DNA from: Terriglobia bacterium
GTDB lineage: Bacteria > Acidobacteriota > Terriglobia > 2-12-FULL-54-10
DNA: 64,000 nt
NCBI GenBank assembly: GCA_963666975.2
Contig: CAXVYR010000003.1
Coordinates: 256,001 to 320,000, forward strand
Direction: 5' to 3'
Shown: positions 40,654 through 50,907 of the stretch, in pieces
Numbering within the stretch: position 1 is the stretch's first letter
Layout of the letters: every line of letters starts with the position of its first letter
Notes under the pieces: model-generated
What the model was told of the DNA's origin: nothing
What the model saw: only the letters and a program-made list of their open reading frames with translations
Databases searched by the model: none
Translations under genes and position numbers: made by a program

Positions 40654-42531
40654 ATGAAAAGGCAATGGGTTTTGGGATTGGCGATATTGATGTGGGTAAG
40701 CTGGGCTGGACAGGGCCTCCTGTGGGCTCAACAAGCCCCGGATACCATTCTCTACAATGGGAAGATCGCGACCGTGGACAATCATGAAGTCAATGAGAAT
40801 GTAGGCACCATCGCTCAGGCGATTGCGATCCGGGATGGAAAGATTGTAAGGGTGGGGAGCAACGCTGACGTTCGTCGCATGGCAGATAGTAACACCCAAT
40901 CCCTAGACCTGAAGGGGAGACTGGTAACTCCGGGTTTTGGGGCCACGCACGATCATCCGGCGGACTGGGACCCGCTGAATCCGTATATCGTAAGAAAAGT
41001 GGTGACCGACGATATGCACATTGAGCGTTTTTTGAATGTTCCTGCGGATGAGGTGCTACAAAAGTTTCCCCAGGTTCTAGAGGAAGCGGTCCAGAAGGCC
41101 AAGCCCGGCCAATGGATTCGGATCAGTTTACTGTATGGGAAAGAATTTCGGTGGAGGAGAGAGATTTCAGCGTTTTTGGGGCGGCAGATTAACAAGGAGA
41201 TGCTGGATCTGGCAGCTCCCAATAACCCTGTGGAGGTTCGCGGGGGGTTTACCGGAATGTTGGTGAACCAACAAGCGATTGACAAAGTAAAAAAGTTCTA
41301 CGGGGATCAATGGAACAAGTTTCTCTACCCACCGCTGGGAGACCAGGGTGGTGCTCCTACAAATTTTGAGGAGAGAGGAGTCTGTAGCGTCTGCTATCGT
41401 TACGTAGAACAGGACGCACTCTACCCACCCGATGTGTTGCGGGAGATGTACCGTCTGGGGCTGTCCTGGATGGGGGGGTATGGGGTTACCCTCAACGCAA
41501 CGTCGCTGTACACCGGGGGTGCGATTCGGGCCTATAATATCTTGGATCGCCGGGGTCAGATGGCCATTCGCCTTCCCTGGGGTTACTACTGGCCATACCG
41601 GAATGACTTCTTTTCGGATCCCTATTTTATTCAAGCCGCCGTCAGCCGGGAGGGCACAGGCTCGGATTATTTCTGGAATGCGGGCATGACTTCGATGATG
41701 GGCACGGGTTGCAGCGAGTTGCCCGGCACTTCGCCAGAGGTCAAGGAACGGGAACCTGAATGCAGATTTGACAAGCCGGTGAATCGGGCTGTGGAGGCTC
41801 TTTATGAATACGTTAAGGCGGGAGGGCGGCTGACCGGGGATCACATGACGGGAGATAAGGGCATTGATATCGTCCTGGATACTATCGAGAGGGCAAGCAA
41901 GGATGCCGGCATGACGTTGAAGGAGATCCAGGCCAAGCGCCATGTCACTGAACACATGCGTATGTATCCTCGACCGGACCAAATCCCGCGGTTTAAAGAG
42001 CTAGGTATTATGACCAGCGGTTTGGACTTTTACGTTTGGGATGGAAGCGGGCAGGAGACTCTGCGGGATTATGGCGAGCGGGGCGCGATGCAGGTGGTTC
42101 CTCGCAAGAGTCTCTATGACGCTGGTATCATGAACAGTGTCGAAATTGATCGGCCTTTTGGATACACCGACCTGACTTACTTCCATGTGTTTTATGCCGG
42201 CATTACCCGGAAGGATTGGGACGGGAATGTGACCGCCCCGCAGCAGGCAGTGAGCCGAGAAGCGATGTTGAAGTCGGCGACGCTTTGGGGGGCGTATGGC
42301 ACTAAGCGGGAAGATGTCCTCGGTTCCCTGGAGCCGGGCAAGTGGGCGGACTTGGTGATTCTGAACAAAGACTATTTGACGATCCCTGTGGATGATATTC
42401 TGACGATCCGAGTCCTCATGACGATGGTGGGCGGCAAACCGGTGCATCTGGTTCCGTCCCTAGCGCGGGAGTGGGGAATGCAACCCACTGGAGCCCAGGT
42501 GGAACTCGGCGGACCAGCGGCTCAATGGTGA
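40654..42531 (+). CDS. Secreted amidohydrolase_3 paralog 2 (closest to paralog 1)
   Basis: MKRQWVLGLA signal peptide, THDHP, HMTGD, RHVTEH, EIDRP, VELGGPAAQW. Confidence 0.88.
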   Translation: MKRQWVLGLAILMWVSWAGQGLLWAQQAPDTILYNGKIATVDNHEVNENVGTIAQAIAIRDGKIVRVGSNADVRRMADSNTQSLDLKGRLVTPGFGATHDHPADWDPLNPYIVRKVVTDDMHIERFLNVPADEVLQKFPQVLEEAVQKAKPGQWIRISLLYGKEFRWRREISAFLGRQINKEMLDLAAPNNPVEVRGGFTGMLVNQQAIDKVKKFYGDQWNKFLYPPLGDQGGAPTNFEERGVCSVCYRYVEQDALYPPDVLREMYRLGLSWMGGYGVTLNATSLYTGGAIRAYNILDRRGQMAIRLPWGYYWPYRNDFFSDPYFIQAAVSREGTGSDYFWNAGMTSMMGTGCSELPGTSPEVKEREPECRFDKPVNRAVEALYEYVKAGGRLTGDHMTGDKGIDIVLDTIERASKDAGMTLKEIQAKRHVTEHMRMYPRPDQIPRFKELGIMTSGLDFYVWDGSGQETLRDYGERGAMQVVPRKSLYDAGIMNSVEIDRPFGYTDLTYFHVFYAGITRKDWDGNVTAPQQAVSREAMLKSATLWGAYGTKREDVLGSLEPGKWADLVILNKDYLTIPVDDILTIRVLMTMVGGKPVHLVPSLAREWGMQPTGAQVELGGPAAQW

Positions 42532-42706
42532 TATAGCTGCGTCCCAGGACCAGACCGATCTTTTGTACCAGCGTGACTGACAGAGTTTACATCACTGCCT
42601 AGGGTTGAGAAAGTGGATTTGGTGCGGGATGTGGGAGGGCTAGCTCTGCCCTGGAGCGGCGGGCGCAACAATTGTCCAAGGGGTTCAGCCGGTCGGCGAG
42701 AATGGC

Positions 42707-42891
42707 CGTCTCCGCAGACCCTGTAGTGGGTGTAGTGACTTGTGAGGGGGTATGCGGGAAAAGTCGGAGAGGAGTTGGCCTGAGTCCTCCTCATATACCC
42801 CCCCTATATACCCACTACAGTCACTACAAACACGTAATCGGTTGAGAGGTGCTCGGCCCGCAGCTTGATTTCCGATCAGCGGTTCTGCATT
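42707..42891 (+). repeat. CACTACA-repeat module A with extension
   Basis: 42707-42840 is an inverted copy of 27396-27528; 42798-42891 is directly repeated at 43963-44055. Confidence 0.88.
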
Positions 42892-43962
42892 CGAAGTGAC
42901 GAGTAACGCGCCGTAGCGGATCGGGAAGTATGCCCTGGCCGAGGCGTTCCCATGGTTTCTTCACGGTATGAAATCGGATCGCAAGAAACGCTGGTTCTGT
43001 CTGCGTGGATGAGAATACGCGGCAGTTGGAGCAAGACGTTCTCTTTTCCGCACGTCCCGAAAAATGCGGCTCTCGCAGAGTTGTGAAGACAAAGAGTCGC
43101 TCGAAGCGGATGTACCGCTCGATTGATCGTAAATCCAACCGTAGAACGCGCCCGCTCCGGAACCTCGTCCGAGGATGTTGACATCGTGCACGGCACCGGC
43201 CGTGCTCACGGCGGAGAAACGTGATTCGGGATTTTTGCCCTGCAGGTCTCAGCAGCGTATGCGCTGACGGCAGCCTTACCAGCTGATTGTTGGAATACTT
43301 CCTCGGAGATCGTGGCCCACGGAAACAGCGCAGAGGTCGCAAATGGTGGCTGGAGTCCAGCGGAGGCTCTGACCCAGTCGACGCTTCCCGATCCCCGCAC
43401 ATCGCGCGCATCCACGCCCACGGGCCGTGATGCCGATACCAACCCTCCAGGGCGAAGTCCGACCGTCGGATGCGCCAGTCTCTACCAGTGCGACTCGTTG
43501 GCATCGGCCAGTCCCGGTCGAGTCTTCGCGCCACGTTGCCGCGCAATCCGATAGTCCGCGTCAAAGAGTTTGCTAACGTCTGGAACGCATGACACGCCTC
43601 GATGTCGCGGAGAGCTGGGCTCGCGGTAAGTCACCATTGAGCGCCCATCAGGCCAGAAACTGGTCCCAGCAAGCAGGCAACGCTTCGCAGGTGCCATCGC
43701 GTCTCTCCACGGTATGCGCGTGACGCATTTGTGAAACTCGTACATGAGGGCACGTGATCCATGATAAGCTGAGCGAAAACGGTGCGACCGATGCTTCATG
43801 CACTGATTCTGTCGCCTACCCCAGTCTTTACGTTGCAAAGCCATTTTTCGCCCTCGAAAAGAGGAATTTCAAATCGATAAAATGCTCCAAGGTGCCCGTT
43901 GGAACCTTTTGCTCTCATTTGAGACTTGTTGGCTGTTCTGAAATTTTAGCCGGACAGCAGTG

Positions 43963-44055
43963 CCCCCCTATATACCCACTACAGTCACTACAAACACGTA
44001 ATCGGTTGAGAGGTGCTCGGCCCGCAGCTTGATTTCCGATCAGCGGTTCTGCATT
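43963..44055 (+). repeat. Direct repeat of module A right part
   Basis: CCCCCCTATATACCCACTACAGTCACTACAAACACG…GGTTCTGCATT identical to 42798-42891. Confidence 0.88.
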
Positions 44056-44427
44056 TCAAGGGACTGGCCCGATTCGCACGATCTCCAGTGTGTTCCCATC
44101 CAGAGACGCGCTGACCGCGACCTGCTCCCCGGCGAATCTCCTCAACTCCTCGGCGTCGCCTCGGAGGTTATGGATGACGCCCTCAATGAGCAGGACGTAG
44201 TCGGAGCCATTCTCTACGCAGGCAATGGTGCACTGCTTAGGGTCATCGGTCTTGTGCATCATGCCGCAGGAAGCGTCAGAGATAACGCCCTCGAAGGTAT
44301 GAACGCCCTGGAAAGATTGCTGGGTCTCTGCGGTTTGTTCGCCACTATCAGGCCGCGTGCATCCCGTCAGGACTGCGACGACTAGCAAGGCAACGGAATA
44401 TATACTAACGTAACGCCATATCACCAT
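44056..44427 (-). CDS. Small lipoprotein with Cys/His motif (DUF5818-like OB fold)
   Basis: Lipobox LTGC; GVISDASCG..H……CTIACV..G..YVL. Confidence 0.7.
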   Translation of the reverse strand: MVIWRYVSIYSVALLVVAVLTGCTRPDSGEQTAETQQSFQGVHTFEGVISDASCGMMHKTDDPKQCTIACVENGSDYVLLIEGVIHNLRGDAEELRRFAGEQVAVSASLDGNTLEIVRIGPVP

Positions 44428-44446
44428 TTTGCTATCTCCTTTCCAA

Positions 44447-44503
44447 CCGGTATTTCCATTTTGAGCTTCCCCTTTTCCTCAAAACATACGCCTTGACTGT
44501 CTG
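44447..44503 (-). mobile_element. IS1380-type right-end remnant
   Basis: Minus strand GAAGCTCAAAATGGAAATACCGG, homologous to 57578-57600, 47745-47762 and 52502-52519. Confidence 0.55.
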
Positions 44504-45088
44504 TCATTCCTGCGGATTCACTTGAGCGTTCTTTTCCCGGATCGCCTTTGCACGGGCTTCCATCTTTGCAGCTTCGCTTTCCCTGTTCGTCTTCCGAAGG
44601 AGGTCGGCGTAGTTCTCCAGGCTAATAGCCACGTTCAGATGCTCCAGGCCCAAGGTCTTTTCACGGATCGCCAGTGAACGTATATACAGAGGCTCGGCCT
44701 CGGCGTACTTCCCCTGGAAACGGTAGAGCGTCGCCAAGTTATTGAGGGTCGTGGCCAGGTTCGGATGCGCTGGCCCGGGAACTTTCTCCTGGATTACCAG
44801 CGACCTCTGGATGAACGACACGGACTCGGCGTAATTGCCCAACTTAATGTACAGCGTCGCTAGACTGTTGAGGTTCCTTACTAGGCGAGGGTCTTCTGGC
44901 ACGAACTTTTCCGCTTCCTGGAGCGCGGCCAGCAACTGCTTCTCAGCCTCGTCGTTACGGCCTTGCCGATAAGCCTTCCTCCCAGCGGTGAAGTATCTTT
45001 CCCATAGCGTATCTTGGGCGGATGCTTGTTCAGAGACCAGCATCAAGCACAAAACACCAAGCAGCGACAAACGAATCTGGGTGCTCAT
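44504..45088 (-). CDS. Exported tetratricopeptide-repeat protein
   Basis: Signal peptide (MSTQIRLSLLG…ASA); LNNLATLY..QGKYAEAEPLY.RSLAIREK TPRs. Confidence 0.88.
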   Translation of the reverse strand: MSTQIRLSLLGVLCLMLVSEQASAQDTLWERYFTAGRKAYRQGRNDEAEKQLLAALQEAEKFVPEDPRLVRNLNSLATLYIKLGNYAESVSFIQRSLVIQEKVPGPAHPNLATTLNNLATLYRFQGKYAEAEPLYIRSLAIREKTLGLEHLNVAISLENYADLLRKTNRESEAAKMEARAKAIREKNAQVNPQE

Positions 45089-45448
45089 TAGGCCTCCCTC
45101 TATTTCAACGCTCGAACTTCCCAACCCCTGGAGGACATGATTAGCAAGTCTTGCCACGCTTATAAACCTCCTGGCTGTTGAATTCAAGAGCGTTTGTGAG
45201 GGAAGTGCGACTGGGAGCCGGTGGGACCATCTGGGAGAAAACCCCGTGCCCAGAGGCTCTACTGGGGGCAAAGGGGGTATACTGTCAACCGCCGAAAGGT
45301 CAAAAAACTAATTCCGGGTTAATGAAGGAAGTGCCGGTGAAGTAGTCTCTGACTCTGCTTCTGAAGGTAGTTCACACAATCGGTTCGTCTATTTAATTTC
45401 TCCGACTATTCGATCACTCAGAAGTCGGCTAATCACTGGATTTCAAAA

Positions 45449-46897
45449 ATGACCGTTCTCTTCGACAACACCTATGCCCAACTGCCGGAACGTTTCTTTG
45501 CGAAACAGGAACCCGCCCGTGTTCCGGAACCGAAGCTCATCCGTCTCAACTTGGAACTAGCGGCAAAGCTCGCGATCGACGCTGACTGGCTGAAATCAGT
45601 TGACGGCGTGGCAATGCTCGCGGGGAATGCAATTCCCAAGGGTGCCGAGCCGATTGCACAAGCCTACGCTGGCCATCAGTTTGGAGGATTCTCCCCACAA
45701 CTCGGCGACGGTCGCGCGCTCCTTCTCGGTGAAGTTGTCGACATCGACGGCGCACGGCACGATCTACAGTTAAAAGGCTCAGGGCGTACGCCATTCTCGC
45801 GAGGCGGCGATGGCAAATCTGCACTCGGCCCGGTGATCCGCGAATACATTGTCAGCGAGGCCATGGCAGCGCTCGGGGTTCCCACGACCCGGGCACTCGC
45901 CGCAGTTACCACCGGCGAAAGAGTAATGCGTCAAGAAGGGCCGCTCCTGGGCGCTGTCTTCACCCGTGTTGCTGCAAGTCACATTCGCGTTGGAACTTTT
46001 CAGTATTTTTTAGCACGAAACGATATCGATGCGCTGCGACTGCTCGCCGATTATGTCATTGCCCGGCACTATCCGGACGCCGCTGAAGCGCCAAATTCTT
46101 ATGTGGCTTTGTTAGAGTCGGTCGCGGCTGGCCAAGCGGATATGATCGCCCATTGGATGTCTCTAGGTTTCATTCACGGTGTGATGAACACGGACAACTC
46201 CGCCATCTCTGGGGAGACGATCGACTATGGCCCGTGCGCGTTCATGGACGCCTTCCACTCGCAGCGTGTCTTCAGTTCCATTGACTCCAGTGGCCGCTAT
46301 GCCTGGGGCAACCAGCCCGACATTGGGCTTTGGAACGGCACCCGTTTCGCAGAAACCCTGCTGCCATTGTTTTCTGAAGACCCTAACGAGGCGATCAAGA
46401 TCGCCGAAGCCGCACTATCCGGATATCCTGAGCGATTTAGTAGCCAATATATCGCCCGCTTCCGCGCTAAATTGGGCCTCCCATCTGAGGCACCGGTCGC
46501 GCTCATTCAGGAGTGTCTCGACCTACTCGATGACCAATCGGTCGACTTCACACTCTTTTTCCGTAATCTCACACGTGTCGCCAGCGGAGAGGATACTAAA
46601 ACGCTTGATGCGATGTTTTCTAGAAGTGAGCCTTTTGGAAAATGGTTCACTAAATGGGATAGAGAAGCCAACCCCGCCAAGCACCTCGCCGAGATGCGAG
46701 CTGCCAACCCGATCCTAATCCCGCGCAATCACCGCGTCGAGCAAGCCATCCAAAGCGCCTATGATGGTGATTTTGCCCAATTCCACCGTCTCGTCGATGC
46801 CCTAGCTGCGCCCTACGCTGATCAACTCGAATACGCGGATCTGGAATCGCCACCGCGACCAGAAGAAATCGTCCAGGAAACTTTCTGCGGCACCTAA
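45449..46897 (+). CDS. selO: Protein adenylyltransferase SelO (YdiU family)
   Basis: AYAGHQFG, LGDGRA, LQLKGSGRTPFSRGGDG, HGVMNTDN, TIDYGP, C-terminal TFCGT. Confidence 0.95.
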   Translation: MTVLFDNTYAQLPERFFAKQEPARVPEPKLIRLNLELAAKLAIDADWLKSVDGVAMLAGNAIPKGAEPIAQAYAGHQFGGFSPQLGDGRALLLGEVVDIDGARHDLQLKGSGRTPFSRGGDGKSALGPVIREYIVSEAMAALGVPTTRALAAVTTGERVMRQEGPLLGAVFTRVAASHIRVGTFQYFLARNDIDALRLLADYVIARHYPDAAEAPNSYVALLESVAAGQADMIAHWMSLGFIHGVMNTDNSAISGETIDYGPCAFMDAFHSQRVFSSIDSSGRYAWGNQPDIGLWNGTRFAETLLPLFSEDPNEAIKIAEAALSGYPERFSSQYIARFRAKLGLPSEAPVALIQECLDLLDDQSVDFTLFFRNLTRVASGEDTKTLDAMFSRSEPFGKWFTKWDREANPAKHLAEMRAANPILIPRNHRVEQAIQSAYDGDFAQFHRLVDALAAPYADQLEYADLESPPRPEEIVQETFCGT

Positions 46898-47322
46898 CAC
46901 CCGATTCATTAGCGCAAGAAATGATTCGTCATGCTCGTCTGCTTCTGAAAGTAGCTTGCGAACCTAATTCGGACATTCAATTTGAATACTATGGTCACAT
47001 CGAGGAAGTAGGCCCGAATCCTCTTTTATTTAAAACTACGGCAGATTTTCCAGCAGTACAACGACGGCCCTGGCCAAGACCCATACCCCCATTCGCAAAA
47101 GCCCAGTGGCGGGGACCCCCATTCGCAAAGCAAGTGACCCGTGGGCGACCCCCTCTGCCGTTTTTTGTGGGAACGGAAATCGAGTGGATGGTTGCAAGCC
47201 GGCCAAAAGATTTCCTGTCCTTCTACTATTAGGACCCTTGCCTTGCCCTCTGTTGCATCGTCCTTAGCCATCTCGGCCCCATATACCCCCGATTCAGGCA
47301 AGGGCAGGCTAGGGTCACCATT

Positions 47323-47762
47323 ATTGCCTATAATCTCGGCAACCTGTGGCGGCGACTGGTGCTGCCACAGAGAATCGAGAACTGGTCGTTGACGAGTTTG
47401 CAGCAGCGGCTGGTGAAACACGCCCGGTACAATTGGTTGCTGGTGGCGGAGAGTCATCTGACGCGGCGGCTGTTTGGAGCGATGGTGGGGCGAATCGGGG
47501 CGTTGTCGATGCCTGCAGGGTAGCCGAAACCGCCCGGCAGGCAGAAAAATCCATCAACTAAAGATGTAAGGGACGGAGTAGTGTCTGGGAAATCGCATGA
47601 AAATGAGGCGATTTCTAGTTTTCCCATACCCGGAAGAGGCAGGGATGGCCCCTTCGTAGGCCGCCGGAGTCGTTCGGGATGGAAAGGATGAAAATACGGT
47701 CCCAACGGAGGCGCTTGGGTGTATGCTGGCAGTTCGCCGGGAAGGCAAAATGGAAATCCTGG
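47323..47762 (+). mobile_element. IS1380-family remnant: transposase C-terminus (47323-47523) plus right end
   Basis: IAYNLGNLWRRLVLPQRIENWSLTSLQQRLVKHARYNWLLVAESHLTRRLFGAM…* followed by GCAAAATGGAAATCCTGG. Confidence 0.75.
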
Positions 47763-47824
47763 CTAAGGTATGAAACCATAGAAGTGTTAACAATACCGAT
47801 ACAGCCAACAGCAGGAGGAGACTT

Positions 47825-48448
47825 ATGATGCAAGGACGAAAGGTCCTCGCGCTGATTGTTTCGATCTTCGCGTGGGTTGTGATGTCTAACGCCCAAACAC
47901 CGGCGCTGCTCGTCAGCTATCCAGAGTACATTCTTTACAACGGAAAGGTGGTTACGGTAGATAATCCGGACACCACCACAAATCTTGGTACGATTACTCA
48001 GGCAGTTTCCGTCCGGCAGGGAAAGATTCTCGCTGTCGGGTCCAATGCACAGATTCAAATTCTTGCCGGACCACAGACCAAGAGCATCGATCTGAAAGGT
48101 CGAACCGTATTGCCGGGCCTGATTTCCACCCACGAGCATATTCCCGATTGGGCGTACATGAATCCGAGAGCCTACGGAACAGTGGTTACTGACAATGATG
48201 CTGTTAGTCGATATTTAACAGGAACTCCAAAGGAGCAAGCCGCCAAGTTGCAGCCAACCATCGTAGAGGCGGTTAGAGCGGCAAAGCCCGGGCAATGGAT
48301 CCGGATCTATTCGGATTGGGGCTATCTCCGGGTAAACATGGGAGCAGTGAGTGCCGCGATGCGCCCCGTTATATCAAAGAGTATCCTGGATAATTTAGCG
48401 CCCAATAACCCCATCGTGGTTATCGCAGGTGCCGGCGGAGTTGTGAAC
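47825..48448 (+). pseudogene. Amidohydrolase_3 paralog 3, N-terminal fragment
   Basis: RBS AGGAG, signal peptide, THEH, LAPNNP; cut by the IS3 end at 48449. Confidence 0.85.
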
Positions 48449-49395
48449 TGTACGTCGTCAGATAATGTTGGACACAGAGCATAAAAAGATAAGGTGGCGT
48501 TCAGGCTCCTCTGGGTTGATGTTAGGCTGCCCTTCTTTTGAAGTGCAACCGTTTTCTTAAGATCATAGTTTTCTCTTTGATGCGATCCCGTTTTTGCAGG
48601 ATGGCACTGCCTTGGCCTGTAAAAACGTCATACGGTGTCAGGTTGTTCAGGCTTTCATGGTATCGGTTGGTGTTGTAGTGGTTGACGAAGGCATCGATCT
48701 GCCGCTCCAGCTCTTCTGGCAGGTAATAGTTGTTGAGCAGGATGCGGTCTTTCAGAGTTCGGTGCCAGCGTTCGATCTTGCCCTGCGTCATGGGGTGATA
48801 GGGCTTGCCGCGAGTATGCGGCACGCTGTTTTCTGCCAGCCATGATTGCAGTTCGGAAGAGACGTAGCACGGCCCGTTGTCGCTCAGGAGGCGAGGTCTG
48901 TGCCGGGCGCCCACGCGGTCGAGGCCGGTGGCTTGCAAAGCATCCCGCAACGTGGCCGAGACGTCACTTGCGCTCATGGTTTTGCACAGCCGCCAGGCGA
49001 TGATATAGCGCGAGAAGTCGTCCAGCACCGTGGACAGGTAGAACCAGCCCCAACCGATGACTTTCAGGTAGGTGAAGTCGGTCTGCCAGAGCTGGTTGAC
49101 CGCCGTGGTCGGGTTGGCGAACCGTTCCGCCGCTTTCAGGACAATAAAGGCTGGCGCGGTAATCAGGTCATGGCTTTTCAGGACGCGGTAAACCGTCGAT
49201 TCAGAAAGGTAATACCGCCTTTCCTCGGTAAAACGCACCGCCAGCTCGCGTGACGACAGATCGGGCTCGGCCAGGGCTAACGTCACCAACTGCTGAGTTA
49301 TCTCCTCCGGCACCTTGTTCCAGACAGGGCCAGGATCTGGTTTTTTGTCTTCCAGCCCATCAAAGCCTTCCGACACATAGCGGTCGTACCAGTTG
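48449..49395 (-). mobile_element. IS3-family element copy 2, inverted, 5'-truncated
   Basis: Reverse complement of the right 947 bp of copy 1; one synonymous SNP seen at 49338; abuts copy 3. Confidence 0.92.
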
Positions 49396-49482
49396 TGTGC
49401 CCCGTCAGGGCTTGTTGGACAGGTAGAGGGTAATAGTTAAGGTGATGTTTTTGGCTCATCGTAGAGACTGAAAGGAACGAAG

Positions 49483-49854
49483 ATGAGACAAAAACAAGAC
49501 GACAGGGGGGCGGTCGAGAAGGCCGTCCGGGAGATCAAACGCAGGACGCGGCGCAGGTTCAGCCCGGAAGACAAAATCCGCATTGTATTGCAGGGACTTC
49601 GCGGCGAGGACAGCATCGCGGAGCTGTGCCGCCGCGAGGGGCTGCACCAGAACCAGTATTACCGCTGGAGCAAGGAGTTTCTGGAGGCTGGCCGCAAGCG
49701 GCTGGCGGGCGACATAGACCGTGAGGCAACCAGTGGCGAAGTCAAGACTCTGCGGGAGCAGGCCGTACAGCTGAAAGAGGCCCTGGCCGAGGCTATGCTG
49801 GAAAATCGCCTGCTAAAAAAAAGCGTGATCGGGGATGGGGAGGAACATACATGA
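49483..49854 (+). CDS. IS3-family transposase OrfA
   Basis: Identical translation to 29853..30224. Confidence 0.88.
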   Translation: MRQKQDDRGAVEKAVREIKRRTRRRFSPEDKIRIVLQGLRGEDSIAELCRREGLHQNQYYRWSKEFLEAGRKRLAGDIDREATSGEVKTLREQAVQLKEALAEAMLENRLLKKSVIGDGEEHT

Positions 49855-50834
49855 GATACCCTGCCTCGGAGAAGCTGGAGATCATCTGCACGGTGGAGCA
49901 ATCTGCCCTGGGGGTGCGCCGGACGCTGCAGCAGGTTGGCATTCCCAGATCGACGTTTTACAACTGGTACGACCGCTATGTGTCGGAAGGCTTTGATGGG
50001 CTGGAAGACAAAAAACCCGATCCTGGCCCTGTCTGGAACAAGGTGCCGGAGGAGATAACTCAGCAGTTGGTGACGTTAGCCCTGGCCGAGCCCGATCTGT
50101 CGTCACGCGAGCTGGCGGTGCGTTTTACCGAGGAAAGGCGGTATTACCTTTCTGAATCGACGGTTTACCGCGTCCTGAAAAGCCATGACCTGATTACCGC
50201 GCCAGCCTTTATTGTCCTGAAAGCGGCGGAACGGTTCGCCAACCCGACCACGGCGGTCAACCAGCTCTGGCAGACCGACTTCACCTACCTGAAAGTCATC
50301 GGTTGGGGCTGGTTCTACCTGTCCACGGTGCTGGACGACTTCTCGCGCTATATCATCGCCTGGCGGCTGTGCAAAACCATGAGCGCAAGTGACGTCTCGG
50401 CCACGTTGCGGGATGCTTTGCAAGCCACCGGCCTCGACCGCGTGGGCGCCCGGCACAGACCTCGCCTCCTGAGCGACAACGGGCCGTGCTACGTCTCTTC
50501 CGAACTGCAATCATGGCTGGCAGAAAACAGCGTGCCGCATACTCGCGGCAAGCCCTATCACCCCATGACGCAGGGCAAGATCGAACGCTGGCACCGAACT
50601 CTGAAAGACCGCATCCTGCTCAACAACTATTACCTGCCAGAAGAGCTGGAGCGGCAGATCGATGCCTTCGTCAACCACTACAACACCAACCGATACCATG
50701 AAAGCCTGAACAACCTGACACCGTATGACGTTTTTACAGGCCAAGGCAGTGCCATCCTGCAAAAACGGGATCGCATCAAAGAGAAAACTATGATCTTAAG
50801 AAAACGGTTGCACTTCAAAAGAAGGGCAGCCTAA
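49851..50834 (+). CDS. IS3-family transposase OrfB
   Basis: Identical translation to 30221..31204. Confidence 0.9.
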   Translation: MRYPASEKLEIICTVEQSALGVRRTLQQVGIPRSTFYNWYDRYVSEGFDGLEDKKPDPGPVWNKVPEEITQQLVTLALAEPDLSSRELAVRFTEERRYYLSESTVYRVLKSHDLITAPAFIVLKAAERFANPTTAVNQLWQTDFTYLKVIGWGWFYLSTVLDDFSRYIIAWRLCKTMSASDVSATLRDALQATGLDRVGARHRPRLLSDNGPCYVSSELQSWLAENSVPHTRGKPYHPMTQGKIERWHRTLKDRILLNNYYLPEELERQIDAFVNHYNTNRYHESLNNLTPYDVFTGQGSAILQKRDRIKEKTMILRKRLHFKRRAA

Positions 50835-50907
50835 CATCAACCCAGAGGAGCCTGAACGCCACCTTATCTTTTTATGCTCTGTGTCCAACATTATCTGACG
50901 ACGTACA

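Larger units (their letters stand above)
49396..50907 (+). mobile_element. IS3-family element copy 3 (full length)
   Basis: Same TIRs and identical OrfA/OrfB translations as copy 1, offset 19630. Confidence 0.93.

Noticed and set aside
45449-46897. Selenocysteine recoding in SelO
   Set aside because: The ORF ends TFCGT-TAA with no in-frame TGA.
47008-47037. Additional dif-like site (…TTATTTAAAAC)
   Set aside because: The left arm and spacing do not fit 11-6-11 convincingly.
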